Assembly: GCA_032718475.1 (NCBI GenBank)
Contig: JAUCBJ010007942.1
Location: 33,021 to 97,020, forward strand
Length of the DNA stretch: 64,000 nucleotides
Reading direction: 5' to 3'
From: Nemertoderma westbladi
Taxonomy: Eukaryota > Animalia > Xenacoelomorpha
A program made the position numbers and the translations under genes. Positions 12,371-23,581 of this stretch are shown piece by piece (the stretch's first letter is position 1; each line of letters opens with the position of its first letter). The notes below the pieces were generated by a model, which saw only the letters and a program-made list of their open reading frames with translations, ran no database searches and had not been told where the DNA came from.

Positions 12371-14227
12371 CTACTATCGGCATGCTGCATTGCAGCTGCA
12401 TTTTTAAGAATGCTGTGTCGGCTTATCGACAAAATTGCACAGCCACAACTCCCCATCACCCATGACATTTGCTAGATCATCCGCATCTTCAAGGCCAGTG
12501 TCCTTTAAGATGCGTCTCAAGAAAGTCATGGGCTGTCCACCATGCTTATTCACTCCATGAGGCTGCCAAAGTACAAGATTATGCACTGGCTTGTCCTCAC
12601 GGCGAAAGCAATGTCCTGCAAAGCGGAGGCGATTTTGTTCTAGTGTCAAGCTTGGGGGAACCAATGAGACACCTCCAATGTTATATAGTATCTGGTTGGA
12701 GATGTGTGCATTGAACTTGACACAATGAACCCGGCGTAGCATTCTTGTGAATTTGCCGTCCAGAGATTTGGTGTCCTCAGCAGTTAGAGCCCAGCATGGT
12801 CTCCCATAGAGGAGTACTGGAACTACTGCTGCTCTAAATAACCGGACCTTAAGTTTCCGATTAATTCTTGGTGACTTCCAAATCCTGGAAAGCCTATTCA
12901 AGGCTGCCCATGCCTTTCCCTTACGTATTCGAAGGTCCTCACTTGACTTCCGGATCCATGATCCCAGGTAACAGAAGTCATCCACATGCTCAAGCATACC
13001 ATCTTTAGAGCTTATGCTCATCCGATCAGAGACTTGCTGAGGACTTTCAAAGTTAACTGTCAAAATTTTGGTCGTTCTGGAGTTAATAAAAAGGCCAACA
13101 CTAGAAGCAGCATGTTCTAATGAGCTGAGGAGCCGTTGGGCTCCCTCTAGTGATTCTGAGAGTACTCCTAAGTCATCAGCAAAGTCTAGATCAGTTAGGT
13201 ACTTGGCAGGATTTCCTCGACTTCTGGAGCCAGTAGGTGGAGTTATCATCACCCGATCATCATTATGATGATCTAAGGACATGCGTAGAACATAGTCAAC
13301 AACAATTATGAACAAGAATGGTGCAAGTGTGTCTCCCTGGAAGACTCCCCATAACACTTCAAATGGTTCTGTGTTACCGTCAACAGTAGACACAAATGTT
13401 GTCGAACCATCGTATACTGATCTGATTGCTGCAATAATTTCATCAGGAATCCCAAATAATGAAAGTATGCTGAACATACGTGAGCGAGAGACTGAATCAA
13501 AGGCCTTGAAGAAGTCAACAAAGATAACAGCCAGATGCCTGTCTTTCTTTTTTGATAACTCTTCAATTATCCTTCTAAGTGCCAAAATGGGCTCCATGGT
13601 CCCACGACCTTTACGGAACCCATTCTGATTTCCACGGAGCAGTCTCTCAATGGGATCCCTGATGCGATTTAATAGAATTCTATTGTATAGCTTTGCAGCA
13701 ATCGAGATCAATGAGATTCCCCGAAAAGAACCATAGAGTGTTAGGTTGCCCTTCTTGGGAACTGGCACCAACTTATTTGTTTTCATTTCTTGTGGAACTC
13801 TTGTTGTACGGTACATGTCTACTATGATGGGATACATGAGCTTTAAACACTCAGGTATTTTAAAGACCTCAGGGGGAACACCATCTACTCCACTGACACG
13901 ATGGGTCTTAATACTCTTTGCAGCAGCCTTCACTTCTGCAAAGGAGATATCACCAATGGGAATATCTGGGAGTAGAGACTCAGACACTTTTACTTCTATA
14001 CAGTTATCAGGCAATACCCTGTCATTATTGAGGAGCTTTTCAAAGTGGGCCTTCCAACCATTGAGGCGATCGGCTGGTGATTCAGCTTTAACCTTTTTGG
14101 TTGGTTGGCTTTTTCGACCAGCAAGCAAGTTGATCGATCTCCATGCCTGGGATGATTGCCTGCTGTCGTCAAGATCATTGATGGCATCAACCTGTTGGTT
14201 TATTAGCTCCTGTAAATTAACAGTAAA
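12371..14227 (-). mobile_element. 5'-truncated RTE-clade non-LTR retrotransposon
   Basis: RT ORF, very short 3' UTR ending in (TAG)n, flanked by direct repeats at 12297-12370 and 14228-14299. Confidence 0.88.
12404..14128 (-). CDS. Reverse transcriptase domain of the RTE-type LINE (N-terminally truncated)
   Basis: Motifs PVPKKGNL..FRGISL, QNGFRKGR, FVDFFKAFDSV, GVFQGDTLAPFLF, LDFADD, FCYLGS, RLRFAGHC. Confidence 0.9.
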   Translation of the reverse strand: MLAGRKSQPTKKVKAESPADRLNGWKAHFEKLLNNDRVLPDNCIEVKVSESLLPDIPIGDISFAEVKAAAKSIKTHRVSGVDGVPPEVFKIPECLKLMYPIIVDMYRTTRVPQEMKTNKLVPVPKKGNLTLYGSFRGISLISIAAKLYNRILLNRIRDPIERLLRGNQNGFRKGRGTMEPILALRRIIEELSKKKDRHLAVIFVDFFKAFDSVSRSRMFSILSLFGIPDEIIAAIRSVYDGSTTFVSTVDGNTEPFEVLWGVFQGDTLAPFLFIIVVDYVLRMSLDHHNDDRVMITPPTGSRSRGNPAKYLTDLDFADDLGVLSESLEGAQRLLSSLEHAASSVGLFINSRTTKILTVNFESPQQVSDRMSISSKDGMLEHVDDFCYLGSWIRKSSEDLRIRKGKAWAALNRLSRIWKSPRINRKLKVRLFRAAVVPVLLYGRPCWALTAEDTKSLDGKFTRMLRRVHCVKFNAHISNQILYNIGGVSLVPPSLTLEQNRLRFAGHCFRREDKPVHNLVLWQPHGVNKHGGQPMTFLRRILKDTGLEDADDLANVMGDGELWLCNFVDKPTQHS

Positions 14228-14669
14228 CTAGCTTTGATGATCGCCGCGGTCCCATAAGGCTAATTTAAAAATACTACGATTTTCTGAGTAGATACTGTAG
14301 GTACACTTGGAACCATGTGGTCCAATACGGATCCACGGGAATGGATAATTAAATTCGTACTGTACAGTACATTGGTACATGTGTCGTCGACATTCCAATA
14401 CTATCTGGAATAAATAATTACAATGGTGACCAGGGAGGAGGGACCAGGTGGAGATAATGTCACTGGAGTACCAAAATAAATTAATCTGTTAAAAAACTTG
14501 AAAGGTCGATAAATAACAGAAAGAAGGATCAGTTCATTTTATATACCGGTACTGCAGGTGCTGTACAGTAGGTACATTATCAAATCATCATATCTTAGTT
14601 TCGAATGGCGTTACAGCAAAACAACTTGTTAGTCAAAAACAGACAAGGTGGAACTGTAATATGAACGCG

Positions 14670-15535
14670 AATTAATATGGCAGTTATTTTTTATGACCCA
14701 TTTTTTGCTCATTTTTACACCTTTTTTTACTCCTTTTACCCCTATTTTTTTAGAAATTAATTTTATTGCCCCTTTTTTTCCGACATTCAGACTGTACTGA
14801 AACAACATCCAGACTGTGATTCACACAGTAAACAACTTTCAGTCCTACTCAGTTTTAATGAAGTTATAATAAATTAAATACACACTACATTCAGACAGTA
14901 CAAAATACAATTTAATTAAATCAACACGCACACACGATCACTTAATCCACACGCACCCTTAACATGCACACACGATGACATTTAAAAAAGCTATGAGGAA
15001 TTTTTCTAACCAAAACAATAATCGATGACGATCACTTTACCATTTGGGGAAAATGAGCAGGTTACAGTGGCGGGCTTTTCTAACCAAAACAATAAACGAT
15101 CACTTTAAAATATTGATGGAGAGGATCAGGTTACAGAGGCGGGTTTTTCTAACCAAAGCAATAAACGATCACACGTTACCAATTGAGGGAAATGATAAGT
15201 ATAAAGAGTCAGGTTTTTTTTTAACCAAAACAATAAACAACATAAATCCAGACATCCGAGGTTACAGGGTTAATGCTACACACAGTACCGTAAAACTATA
15301 CTATACGCATGGGCATGGTTCCGCATCATTACCTAAGACTCAGCATCAGCACCCCAAAACCAAAGTCCGCACACCTATAATAATGAGACGTTACCTAATG
15401 GGTACTATACTGTAATACTGTAGTAATACCGACACCGGTACTGCTAGTAGTAGTAGGAACCGGTACATTATGAAAAAAGGGGTCATAATGATCAAAAAAA
15501 GGGGTCATAAAAAATATTTTTCAATTAATATCTAG
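14670..15535. mobile_element. Possible degenerate non-autonomous DNA transposon with internal repeats
   Basis: Imperfect inverted ends (TTTTTTATGACCC..TTTTT vs AAAAAGGGGTCATAAAAAA) and four internal copies of TTTTCTAACCAAAACAATAAAC at ~70 bp spacing (15000-15240). Confidence 0.35.
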
Positions 15536-16361
15536 TCGGATTTACAATGTTTACTTAGTTTTTTAGGTTACTAAACACACTAGCCGAATTTCAATAATAT
15601 TTATGTTTAATGTCAACAATACTGTAGCACACTAATGACCATTAAACTAAACATAATGGTAGAAGTTTTTCATTTTGTTCTGAAACCAATTCAAAATATT
15701 TTTTCCTAAACTGTTGCTGAACATGGATATTTTTTCCAAGAATATTTGATTGGCCTAATAATATAAATCAGCGATGCCATGTGGAAGATATACTGTACAT
15801 ATAGACTACTGTAGGCCCACTGTACAACGATAAGTGTATTGTACAGTACATCTTTGGTTGTTTAACTGTAGATACTACTGGGAAATACAAATTATTTGAA
15901 ATAATTCCACCAGTTTAGACATCTTCGTGATAATTAGTTATCGATTACTTTCTATTTTAATATTATTTTTGCGAAATTGCACTGAGTTTGTGATATTTGT
16001 CGATAAATGTGTTTATTATATTACCAATATCAGAATGAAATTGGAAACGATTTAATCTATCGGAAAGTGGCATAGTTTTTTTCAGAATTTCGCGCCATAT
16101 AGTAAATAATAACTCCTCTCATCAGTAAAGGACAGCGCCCACGAACTGAGAGAGAAATACAGTAATACGTATTTCTGGCGGAAATATAAAGATGATAAGA
16201 AGGTAGGCTAGTAACCCAGCATAACTACCCTTACTAACCAATCCCAGGGGTGTCAAAAGACAGATATACAGTATGTAGATAAGAAGAAGCATCAACGTGT
16301 TGAAATGAGCTACAATGAATGCACGCACTCTGAAAGCTCATCGATTTATAAGTCAACTCAA

Positions 16362-16430
16362 TGACATTATTTTATATCAGCAATTAATACAATAGAGTAT
16401 TGTATTAATTGCTGATATAAAATAATGTCA
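16362..16430. repeat. Perfect 33 bp inverted repeat with a 3 nt loop
   Basis: TGACATTATTTTATATCAGCAATTAATACAATA-GAG-TATTGTATTAATTGCTGATATAAAATAATGTCA, extending imperfectly to ~16345-16448. Confidence 0.9.
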
Positions 16431-16749
16431 CTAAGTTTACTAATAAATCTGCGTGTTGAATTGCGCTGAATTAATCGTTAAATCGTACTGACAAAAACCA
16501 GTAAGAACTTCTTAGTTCACTAACATAACTTATCTATCGAAAACTTTCACACAACTGAACTAATAACGGCATTGCACTGATTAAAGTATCTAAGATACAT
16601 TATACATAGTATAAATTGCACTGAGTCGTTGGTAACAAGAAGGGTGACATGGTAGCTCTGGCAAGGCAATAGAATATAACATCGACATCATCTGTATCCA
16701 AGAACATCGGATTTGTCATGAAGACACTGTCATGAAGTACAATGGCATT

Positions 16750-17180
16750 GGAAATGGATGGACGTTGTAACAAGCTCAGCAGTAAGAAACTCGGCCAATG
16801 CATCAATTGGTGGAGTAGGAATTCTGCTAAGTCCATTTGCACTTCTCAATCTTCTCTAAACAACATCAAATCTATAAATTGCAGAACAATAATTGCAATA
16901 TTTGATGGGAATCCCAAAACAACAGTATGTTGTTGCAATCCAACCAATATAATGCCTCAGAGCCAGAACAAGCTGCCACGTTTTATGAAGATCTGACTGG
17001 ACTTATAAAGGACATTCCGAAACACAATGTTAAAGTCATTGCGGGTGACCTGAATGCGCAATTGTCCCAGAAGACATCAAGGGTAACACCTATAACACCC
17101 GTTCGAACAGAAATGGTACTTACTTTTAGATCTAATGGAAGAATGTGAATTGATACCAACAAACACCGCATCAGAGAGAA
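16750..17180 (+). pseudogene. Frameshifted APE endonuclease fragment of a LINE (RTE-like)
   Basis: Across frames: ASIGGVGILLS..., FDGNPKTTV, FYEDL..LIKDIPKHNVKVIAGDLNAQL. Confidence 0.75.
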
Positions 17181-17443
17181 CAAGGGATTCCACCGTAAAC
17201 TTTTGGACCCTTAACAAAAGGAGTTATCCAAGGTGCACTGGACCTATGGGTAACATATTCTTTAGAAATTTCGGTAAGAAGATGACATGACGAGGGGTGA
17301 TAATTAACTCTAGAAATTCACCCACCTCAATACAGAACAGTTAATTAAGCTGGACAAGAAACCAAACAAAATGTTTCACCATTCTAAAAAGGTATAAAAA
17401 GGTGCTTAAAATATTTTAGCGGCAGTTCACTTTATTTCTTCCC

Positions 17444-17930
17444 TTGCTTGTTTTTACAGTCTTATTTGCAGACGACACAAGATTTTTTGACTTCGCATGC
17501 GACGTGAAAAATTTAATTAAAAATGTCAATCAACAATCAGTAAATATACAAAACTGGCTCAAAGCAAACAGATTATCCTTAAACATAGACAAGACGGAAT
17601 ATATATTGTTTTCTAATCACAGTGATAAATCAGATTTTAACGATCATAATTTTTTTATTAACGGCTCCAAAATAAAATTTACAAATTCTACAAAATATCT
17701 AGGCGTTTACCGTTTACATAGACAGTAAGTTATCATGGATGCACACATTAACTATATTTTAAGCAAAATATCTAAAACTGCCCTGATTTTTTACAAATTG
17801 CGTCGTATTTTTCCGACCCCGATTCTCAAAACATTGTACCATTCTCTAATTCATCCATACATAACATATGGTCTAATAAACTGGGGAAGCGCTGGATCGA
17901 CCCTAATAAATCGAGTACGAATTAAGATAA
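17444..17930 (+). pseudogene. RT C-terminal fragment of a CR1/L2-group LINE
   Basis: LFADDT, WLKANRLSLNIDKTEYILF, KYLGV, HINYILSKISK, LYHSLIHPYITYGLINWG, with a frameshift near 17710-17735. Confidence 0.8.
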
Positions 17931-18254
17931 CAACATTTTACGCTGTATCACATTTTCAGATCGATTTGCGTCATCATTTCCATTATATCAAAAAATGATG
18001 TTCATCACAATTACGGTACTCAGTCACATACCCAAAATTTGTTCATCATACCTAGTGTAAATATAATTACAGTATACAGTAGGCGCACGATCATTAGCAT
18101 TTTCATGCATCACATTGGAACAAAATGGATAAATCTCTCCTCGAAATTAAAGTGAAATCTATATTATCGGTAAGGTAAAAAAAACTCATGCAATGGCCAC
18201 TTCCAAATCTGCAATAACTCTTTAGCTTAGGATCGGCAGGTGGGTGGGGTGGGT

Positions 18255-18355
18255 GATAGGGAGTTGTGGCGGTGCAATTTTGTTGACAAGCCGGCACAGC
18301 ATTCTTAAAAATGCAACTGCAATGCAGCATGCCGATCCTAGTAGTCCTAGTAGTG
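18255..18355 (+). mobile_element. Very short 3' end fragment of the RTE-type LINE
   Basis: GGAGTTGTGGCGGTGCAATTTTGTTGACAAGCCGGCACAGCATTCTTAAAAATGCAACTGCAATGCAGCATGCCGAT followed by a TAGTAG tail, matching the reverse complement of 12371-12455. Confidence 0.8.
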
Positions 18356-18807
18356 GGGTGGGGATAGGGGTGTCCACTGTCCACTGTAAGTACTGAAAGG
18401 TGTAAGTATTTCTATTTATCTGTATATCAGTTATCACAAAAAGTACAATACTGTATATGGCATACCGGAATCGTGGGCGAAAGCTGGTTCCAGTAGCTCG
18501 ATAGCTGCGCGAAACTAGCCTTTGATACAGTATAAGCAGCTAATCCCCTCGGCTAACGGTATATTTATACATACTGTATTTAGTATACTTTATGTGCTAC
18601 AGTATATGTCGTTTATTTACTGCATACGTTATAATGCGGGCATGTAGATTGGAAATATTAAAATAACTTCTAACCACTACTGTATATAGACCAAAGTCTT
18701 CACAGATACACTTATATTTTACGGCATCAAAGCATGGCAGCACAATGGTATTATTTAAAAATTAATTCACTATTTTATGTTATTTACACCAAAAGGTACG
18801 ACTGTAA

Positions 18808-19123
18808 CTTCACAGCGACCACTGAACCTTTTATCCGGTTTCTATATCTTTTCTTCACAGCGACCACTGAACCTTTTATCCGGTTTCTATATCTTTTCTT
18901 CACAGCGACCACTGAACCTTTTATCCGGTTTCTATATCTTTTCTTCACAGCGACCACTGAACCTTTTATCCGGTTTCTATATCTTTTCTTCACAGCGACC
19001 ACTGAACCTTTTATCCGGTTTCTATATCTTTTCTTCACAGCGACCACTGAACCTTTTATCCGGTTTCTATATCTTTCCTTCACAGCGACCACTGAACCTT
19101 TTATCCGGTTTCTATATCTTTTC
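18808..19123. repeat. 45 bp minisatellite, 7 copies
   Basis: Unit CTTCACAGCGACCACTGAACCTTTTATCCGGTTTCTATATCTTTT, nearly identical copies. Confidence 0.95.
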
Positions 19124-19738
19124 TCGTTCATGGGAGTAAATCAAAGTACAGTATTGCAGTACATTATCTCATATATTTTGTTAACCACCTTTTGACAGTG
19201 TCCGAAGTTACAACCATTGCTTTTCACCGAGACTGACAGAGTCTTTGTAGTAACTGACTGTATACTTACTATACTTAAAACGACCCAAGGCACCTTTTTA
19301 CAATTATTCATAACTGACGCCCCAGAGGTGTAGATAAAACTACAATAAACTCCCCTTGTTGGAACCACGGACGATGTCTGGTGCAAGGAGGCCGAGATAA
19401 CCATCCGGCACTTTGCAGAGACTCTGATCGCCAGGCTGGAGGGGATGTGTTGGCGAGGGTTGGCCCCGGTGATGGGCGGTGTCCACAGGCACCTCCAGTT
19501 CGCGTTGTTGTGAACCAACTCACTGCGCCTGTGAGGGAGTCGCAGATCTTGGAGGGGACTCGGATTTCGGGATGGGGCTGGTCTTCAGGGTGCAGACCCC
19601 CCAGACTCATATTAAATGCTTTATATAATCGTAATCAGTAATTGCAAAATTGGGTGCGCAATTGTATTTGTTTATCTATTTGAATATACTGTATATTTAT
19701 ATTTCGTATACTCATGAGAATTTATTTTACATCATATA

Positions 19739-21805
19739 CAGTCGGGGTCTCAAAGTGCATCTGTTCTTTGAGATTTTCTCAAAGAACTAAAAGTGTCTCA
19801 AATTTCTAAAAGTGGTCCAAGAAAATGACAAAGTGTCCTCAAAGATTTCAAAGTAGTACTGTCAGTCATTTCATACAGTCCTGCCTGAAGCTGGCTATGG
19901 TATGGGGTATATTGACTTTGACTATAGGGTAAAATATAAGTAATAAAAACCTCTATGAAACAATAAAGATGCCAACAAAAAATACTGCAGTAATAAATAT
20001 TTGTTACTGAAAGTAAGAATTAAACTTACTGCAGTAATAAAAAATTGTCTTTTTCTGCAGTAACAAATAATTTGTTACTGCAGTATAATTTTTTATTCAA
20101 TTATTTATTAATATTGATTACCGTACTGCAGTATAAATTTTTATTCAATTATTTATTAATTTATTAATATTGATTATTGCAGTAATAAATATTTGTTACT
20201 GCAGTAATAAATATTTGTTACTGCAGTAATAAATATTTGTTGCTGCAGTAATAAATATTTATTACTGCAGTAATAAATATTTGTTACTGCACTAATTATT
20301 ATATGTTACTGCAGTAACTAATATTTAATACAGCAGTATTTTTTGTAGGTATTTTTATTGTTTCATAGAGGATTTTATTAATTTATATTTTGACTCTTTA
20401 GAGACGCCATAATTGCGGGCTATCGGAATGTGTTGGTATTTGTGTCATAGACAGTTTGTCTGTTGCCCTATCTATATTAATGTATAGTGCTAAAACTGTA
20501 CTGTTTAAATTTGTTTAGCCCACGTGAACGCCGAATACCTTTACCAATGAATTTCAATGGTCAACCTCTCAACCAGCCATACTTTGCCGCACTGTAAATT
20601 GTGTTATACAAAGTAAAGAATAACGAAAGAGGCAGGAATAAAGATAAATGATTCAAGCGCACTAATTGGCTGTTCCCATAGATGTTTTAGGCATTGTTGG
20701 TGCGCAATGCATATGGTCAGAGCGACCGCCCGGTCTGCCAAAATCTATTATGTAATCAAATGGTACCACAAGCCAAGCAAAGCATGTGACAGTTCTTTCC
20801 GGCTCTGCACCTGTTTGTTTGAAGGTCGTCGACCGTGGGTCGCTACTCGCTAGCTGTGATTGATAGTTTAAACTGGGTGCCGCTTTGCCAGAAGGCGGTA
20901 CACATCAATTGAATATGAGGCAAACATTTAAAATATGCTCAAATATAAACGCCAGCGGCAGGGGATATTTTAATATCTCTATTAAGCTAAAACAACACAA
21001 GATTGTCGCCGTTCTATTGTACTTGAAAGTCGAAAGCAATTCTTAGTTTTTAAGAAGGAATTCTCGCGCTCTCGTCAACATAGTTATCATATTAATTAAA
21101 CAGTTAAGGTAGTACGGTTTGCGTTTGACCTGAGTTGACTAATGAAATTAATAACAAAAGTTATTACAAGCTCTCTCCCAACAGCTTCTTTAGGACATTA
21201 TAATGAAACTGCGTATACACAGAGATACTACAGTGCAGTTTCTCTTATATTAATTGTTAATCTGATATTGTATTATGTTATTAAAATAATCAATCTTGTC
21301 AAGCATTAATCTTGTTTCCCTAATTATGTTTCATGTATTATTTGAATGAATGTATTTTAGAAAGACTTTAGGGTGCCGTAAATTCAATTTGTACTTGCGA
21401 CCGAAAACCCATCCAGTAATGACCTCAGGAACCTCAATTTGATAAATTAATGGGAATATAGCTTCTATGCAACAACTGGCCAGCACACAAGTATCACTTT
21501 GTTGCCCGCATAATATTGTTCCCATAGAATGCATCTGCCTCTCAGTTAACTTACCACGAGCTGTCAATCAGGAATACCTCGGAGTTTATTTTCTCAAAGA
21601 ATTAAAAGTGCCGCAAACTACCTCAAAGTGACATTTCTCAAAGAATTCAAAGTGCCTAAAAGCAGGAAATCACTTTGAGATTCCCAACGAAAAGTGTCTA
21701 CAAGAATTCAAAGCGGCCGTTGGGAGTAATGTAATGACTTTTAGACACTTTTAGAAAAATTTTGAGAAAATCTCAAAGAACAGATGCACTTTGAGACCCC
21801 GACTG
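19739..21805. mobile_element. Non-autonomous Tc1/mariner-type DNA transposon (~2.07 kb)
   Basis: ~45 bp perfect TIRs CAGTCGGGGTCTCAAAGTGCATCTGTTCTTTGAGATTTTCTCAAA; TA duplication at 19737-38 and 21806-07; subterminal CAAAGAATT.AAAGTG repeats; no transposase ORF seen. Confidence 0.85.
19925..20410. mobile_element. Nested foldback/MITE-like element with internal 22 bp palindromic tandem repeats
   Basis: Inverted arms AAAATATAA.TAATAAAA.CCTCTATGAAACAATAAA / TTTATTGTTTCATAGAGG.TTTTATTA.TTATATTTT; internal (GTTACTGCAGTAATAAATATTT)n. Confidence 0.7.
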
Positions 21806-22333
21806 TACAGTTTACAGTGTTGGTTATTTGTATTATAATGCGCCTTGAACAAACTATAGGAAAGGGAGCTGCTATATATAAATTTAAATATTATTATTAT
21901 TATAAGCGATGGACCTTTCAATACCCTAATGGAACCAAACCAAAGCTGGAGGATTACATCCTTACATACTGTATAAACAAAAAGTGGGGTAACAGCAAGA
22001 TTAACAGAGAGACGATGAATGATCAAAAATCACCCTCAATAGAAACCAATATAATAAATTATCAGAACACTGCGTAGTGACGTCAAAATACAGTATGTAC
22101 AGTAGCAGCCATATTCACAGCCGATTTTATTTTCAAAATTGGCATCCCTGGCATACCATATTTCGATCGTTTCCACGTGTTTTTACCAAAAACACACCCC
22201 GCCACTCGATTCAGAGCACCTTCTTACCCCTTATACGATTGTTTCTAGCCCAACAATTTTTTCGAGCATCAACAACCCTACAGTATTATAGACAAGAGAA
22301 ACCTTCCCACATTGAATAAAAACGCACCCCAAT

Positions 22334-22874
22334 TGTGACGGGATCCAAGGGGGATCCCGATTTATCCGGTTGTGGTAATTTAGTCCACGCGTCCCCGCCG
22401 TGTATAAGGATGAAATAAAGTGACTGAGTTCTGAAGTTCGGTGTATAATAGGAGGTTATAAGATATGGATATATTGTAAATGTGTACAAGGCGGGATACG
22501 GTAACTAAAGTCCCGTGATCCCCTAACTAAACTAATTGGCTGTACCCTACGCTAGCACTGCTGCACTGTGATAACTGAATAGGTAATATTACTGCCAAGT
22601 GGCTATACTGCACGGTTGGCCTAATTGCTACTCAATCGATGCCATTCCCCCCTCTGATTGGTTGATACCCTTGTTGGCGCCCCGTGGAGTATTCCCGTTC
22701 ACTCCACTGTGTTCTCTCTGGGTTAGGGGTTTGGCCCCTGACCCTCTATTGTGTGCTTCCTTCCCACTCTTATTGGGATGGCGCGAGTTGGTTAATTGCC
22801 CAATCTCGCGGCTCCCAATATTGCTTATCGGCTTACAACTTTATGGGGTGTTGGCGGGATTGAATAAGCTAACA
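22334..22874 (-). repeat. 3' LTR (541 bp)
   Basis: TGTGACGGGATCC...AAGCTAACA, a direct repeat of 36262-36799. Confidence 0.95.
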
Positions 22875-22883
22875 CTCCCCCCC
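22875..22883 (-). promoter_or_regulatory. Polypurine tract
   Basis: Minus strand GGGGGGGAG immediately precedes the 3' LTR start TGTTAG. Confidence 0.85.
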
Positions 22884-23581
22884 ATGCTATCTTCCCGGTA
22901 AGAAGATAGCATCAACCTAAAAAGTGCGCTACAATCCCGCTGGATCCCGATCTAGTATCGGGTGTGGGGTGGAATTCTTTTCTCTTGGAGCCGGCTTTCC
23001 AGGCCGCCCCCTATGGGTATGATAACGCTACCCTGTGTGCCTGGCGTCTCATGTCGGGCCGATCGCGCTCACCTCTTCACACGACCTTTGTTTCCCCAAC
23101 ACTTTCGCCCTATCCCACCTTCACTCTCACTCTAACTCTCTCATACCCCCGGACCTCCCCGTCCCTCACTCAGCCTCTTATTCTCCCCCCCCACACTAGA
23201 ATTGCGTTCGCACTCTCTCCGCACTTCGCACTCTTATTCCGATTCTCAACCCCACTTTGACTGTCTCTTTCCTTCTGACGAATCTCCCCCCCCCTCTCGT
23301 GCCGTCGCACTCAAGAAGTGTGAAATTGTCTGGCGTCTCGTCCATAGTGCCATAGTCAATTGTCCCCCAGTCCCAGTAGCTAATTGAGAAAGGTTGTATG
23401 ACTATAGTACTTACTCCAAACGTATGTATTTACTGCTAATCACTACGTACGTACATACAAATTGCACTTATATGGTTATTTGCATTAATTAAATTTATAC
23501 TTAATAGTTCGTACGTTACATGCGGCGCCTTCCAGGCGCACCACTTCCCAGTCTCAGTCTCATTCCCTCGTCTCCGGGAAC

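Larger units (their letters stand above)
12297..14299. repeat. Long target-site duplication (74/72 bp) flanking the LINE
   Basis: CTAGCTTTGATGATCGCCGCGGTCCCATAAGG(CG)CTAATTTAAAAATACTACGATTTTCTGAGTAGATACTGTA occurs at 12297-12370 and 14228-14299. Confidence 0.9.

Noticed and set aside
18734-19195. Repeat proteins (FTATTEPFIRFLYLF etc.)
   Set aside because: Translations of the 45 bp minisatellite, open in several frames.
19141-19641. GC-richer patch with overlapping short ORFs, possibly a LINE remnant
   Set aside because: No motif could be identified with confidence.
21331-21567. Upstream exon of the 58531 gene, or a small gene
   Set aside because: All plus-strand frames after the nearby AG sites stop quickly; the minus ORF has no recognisable motif and lies inside a DNA transposon.
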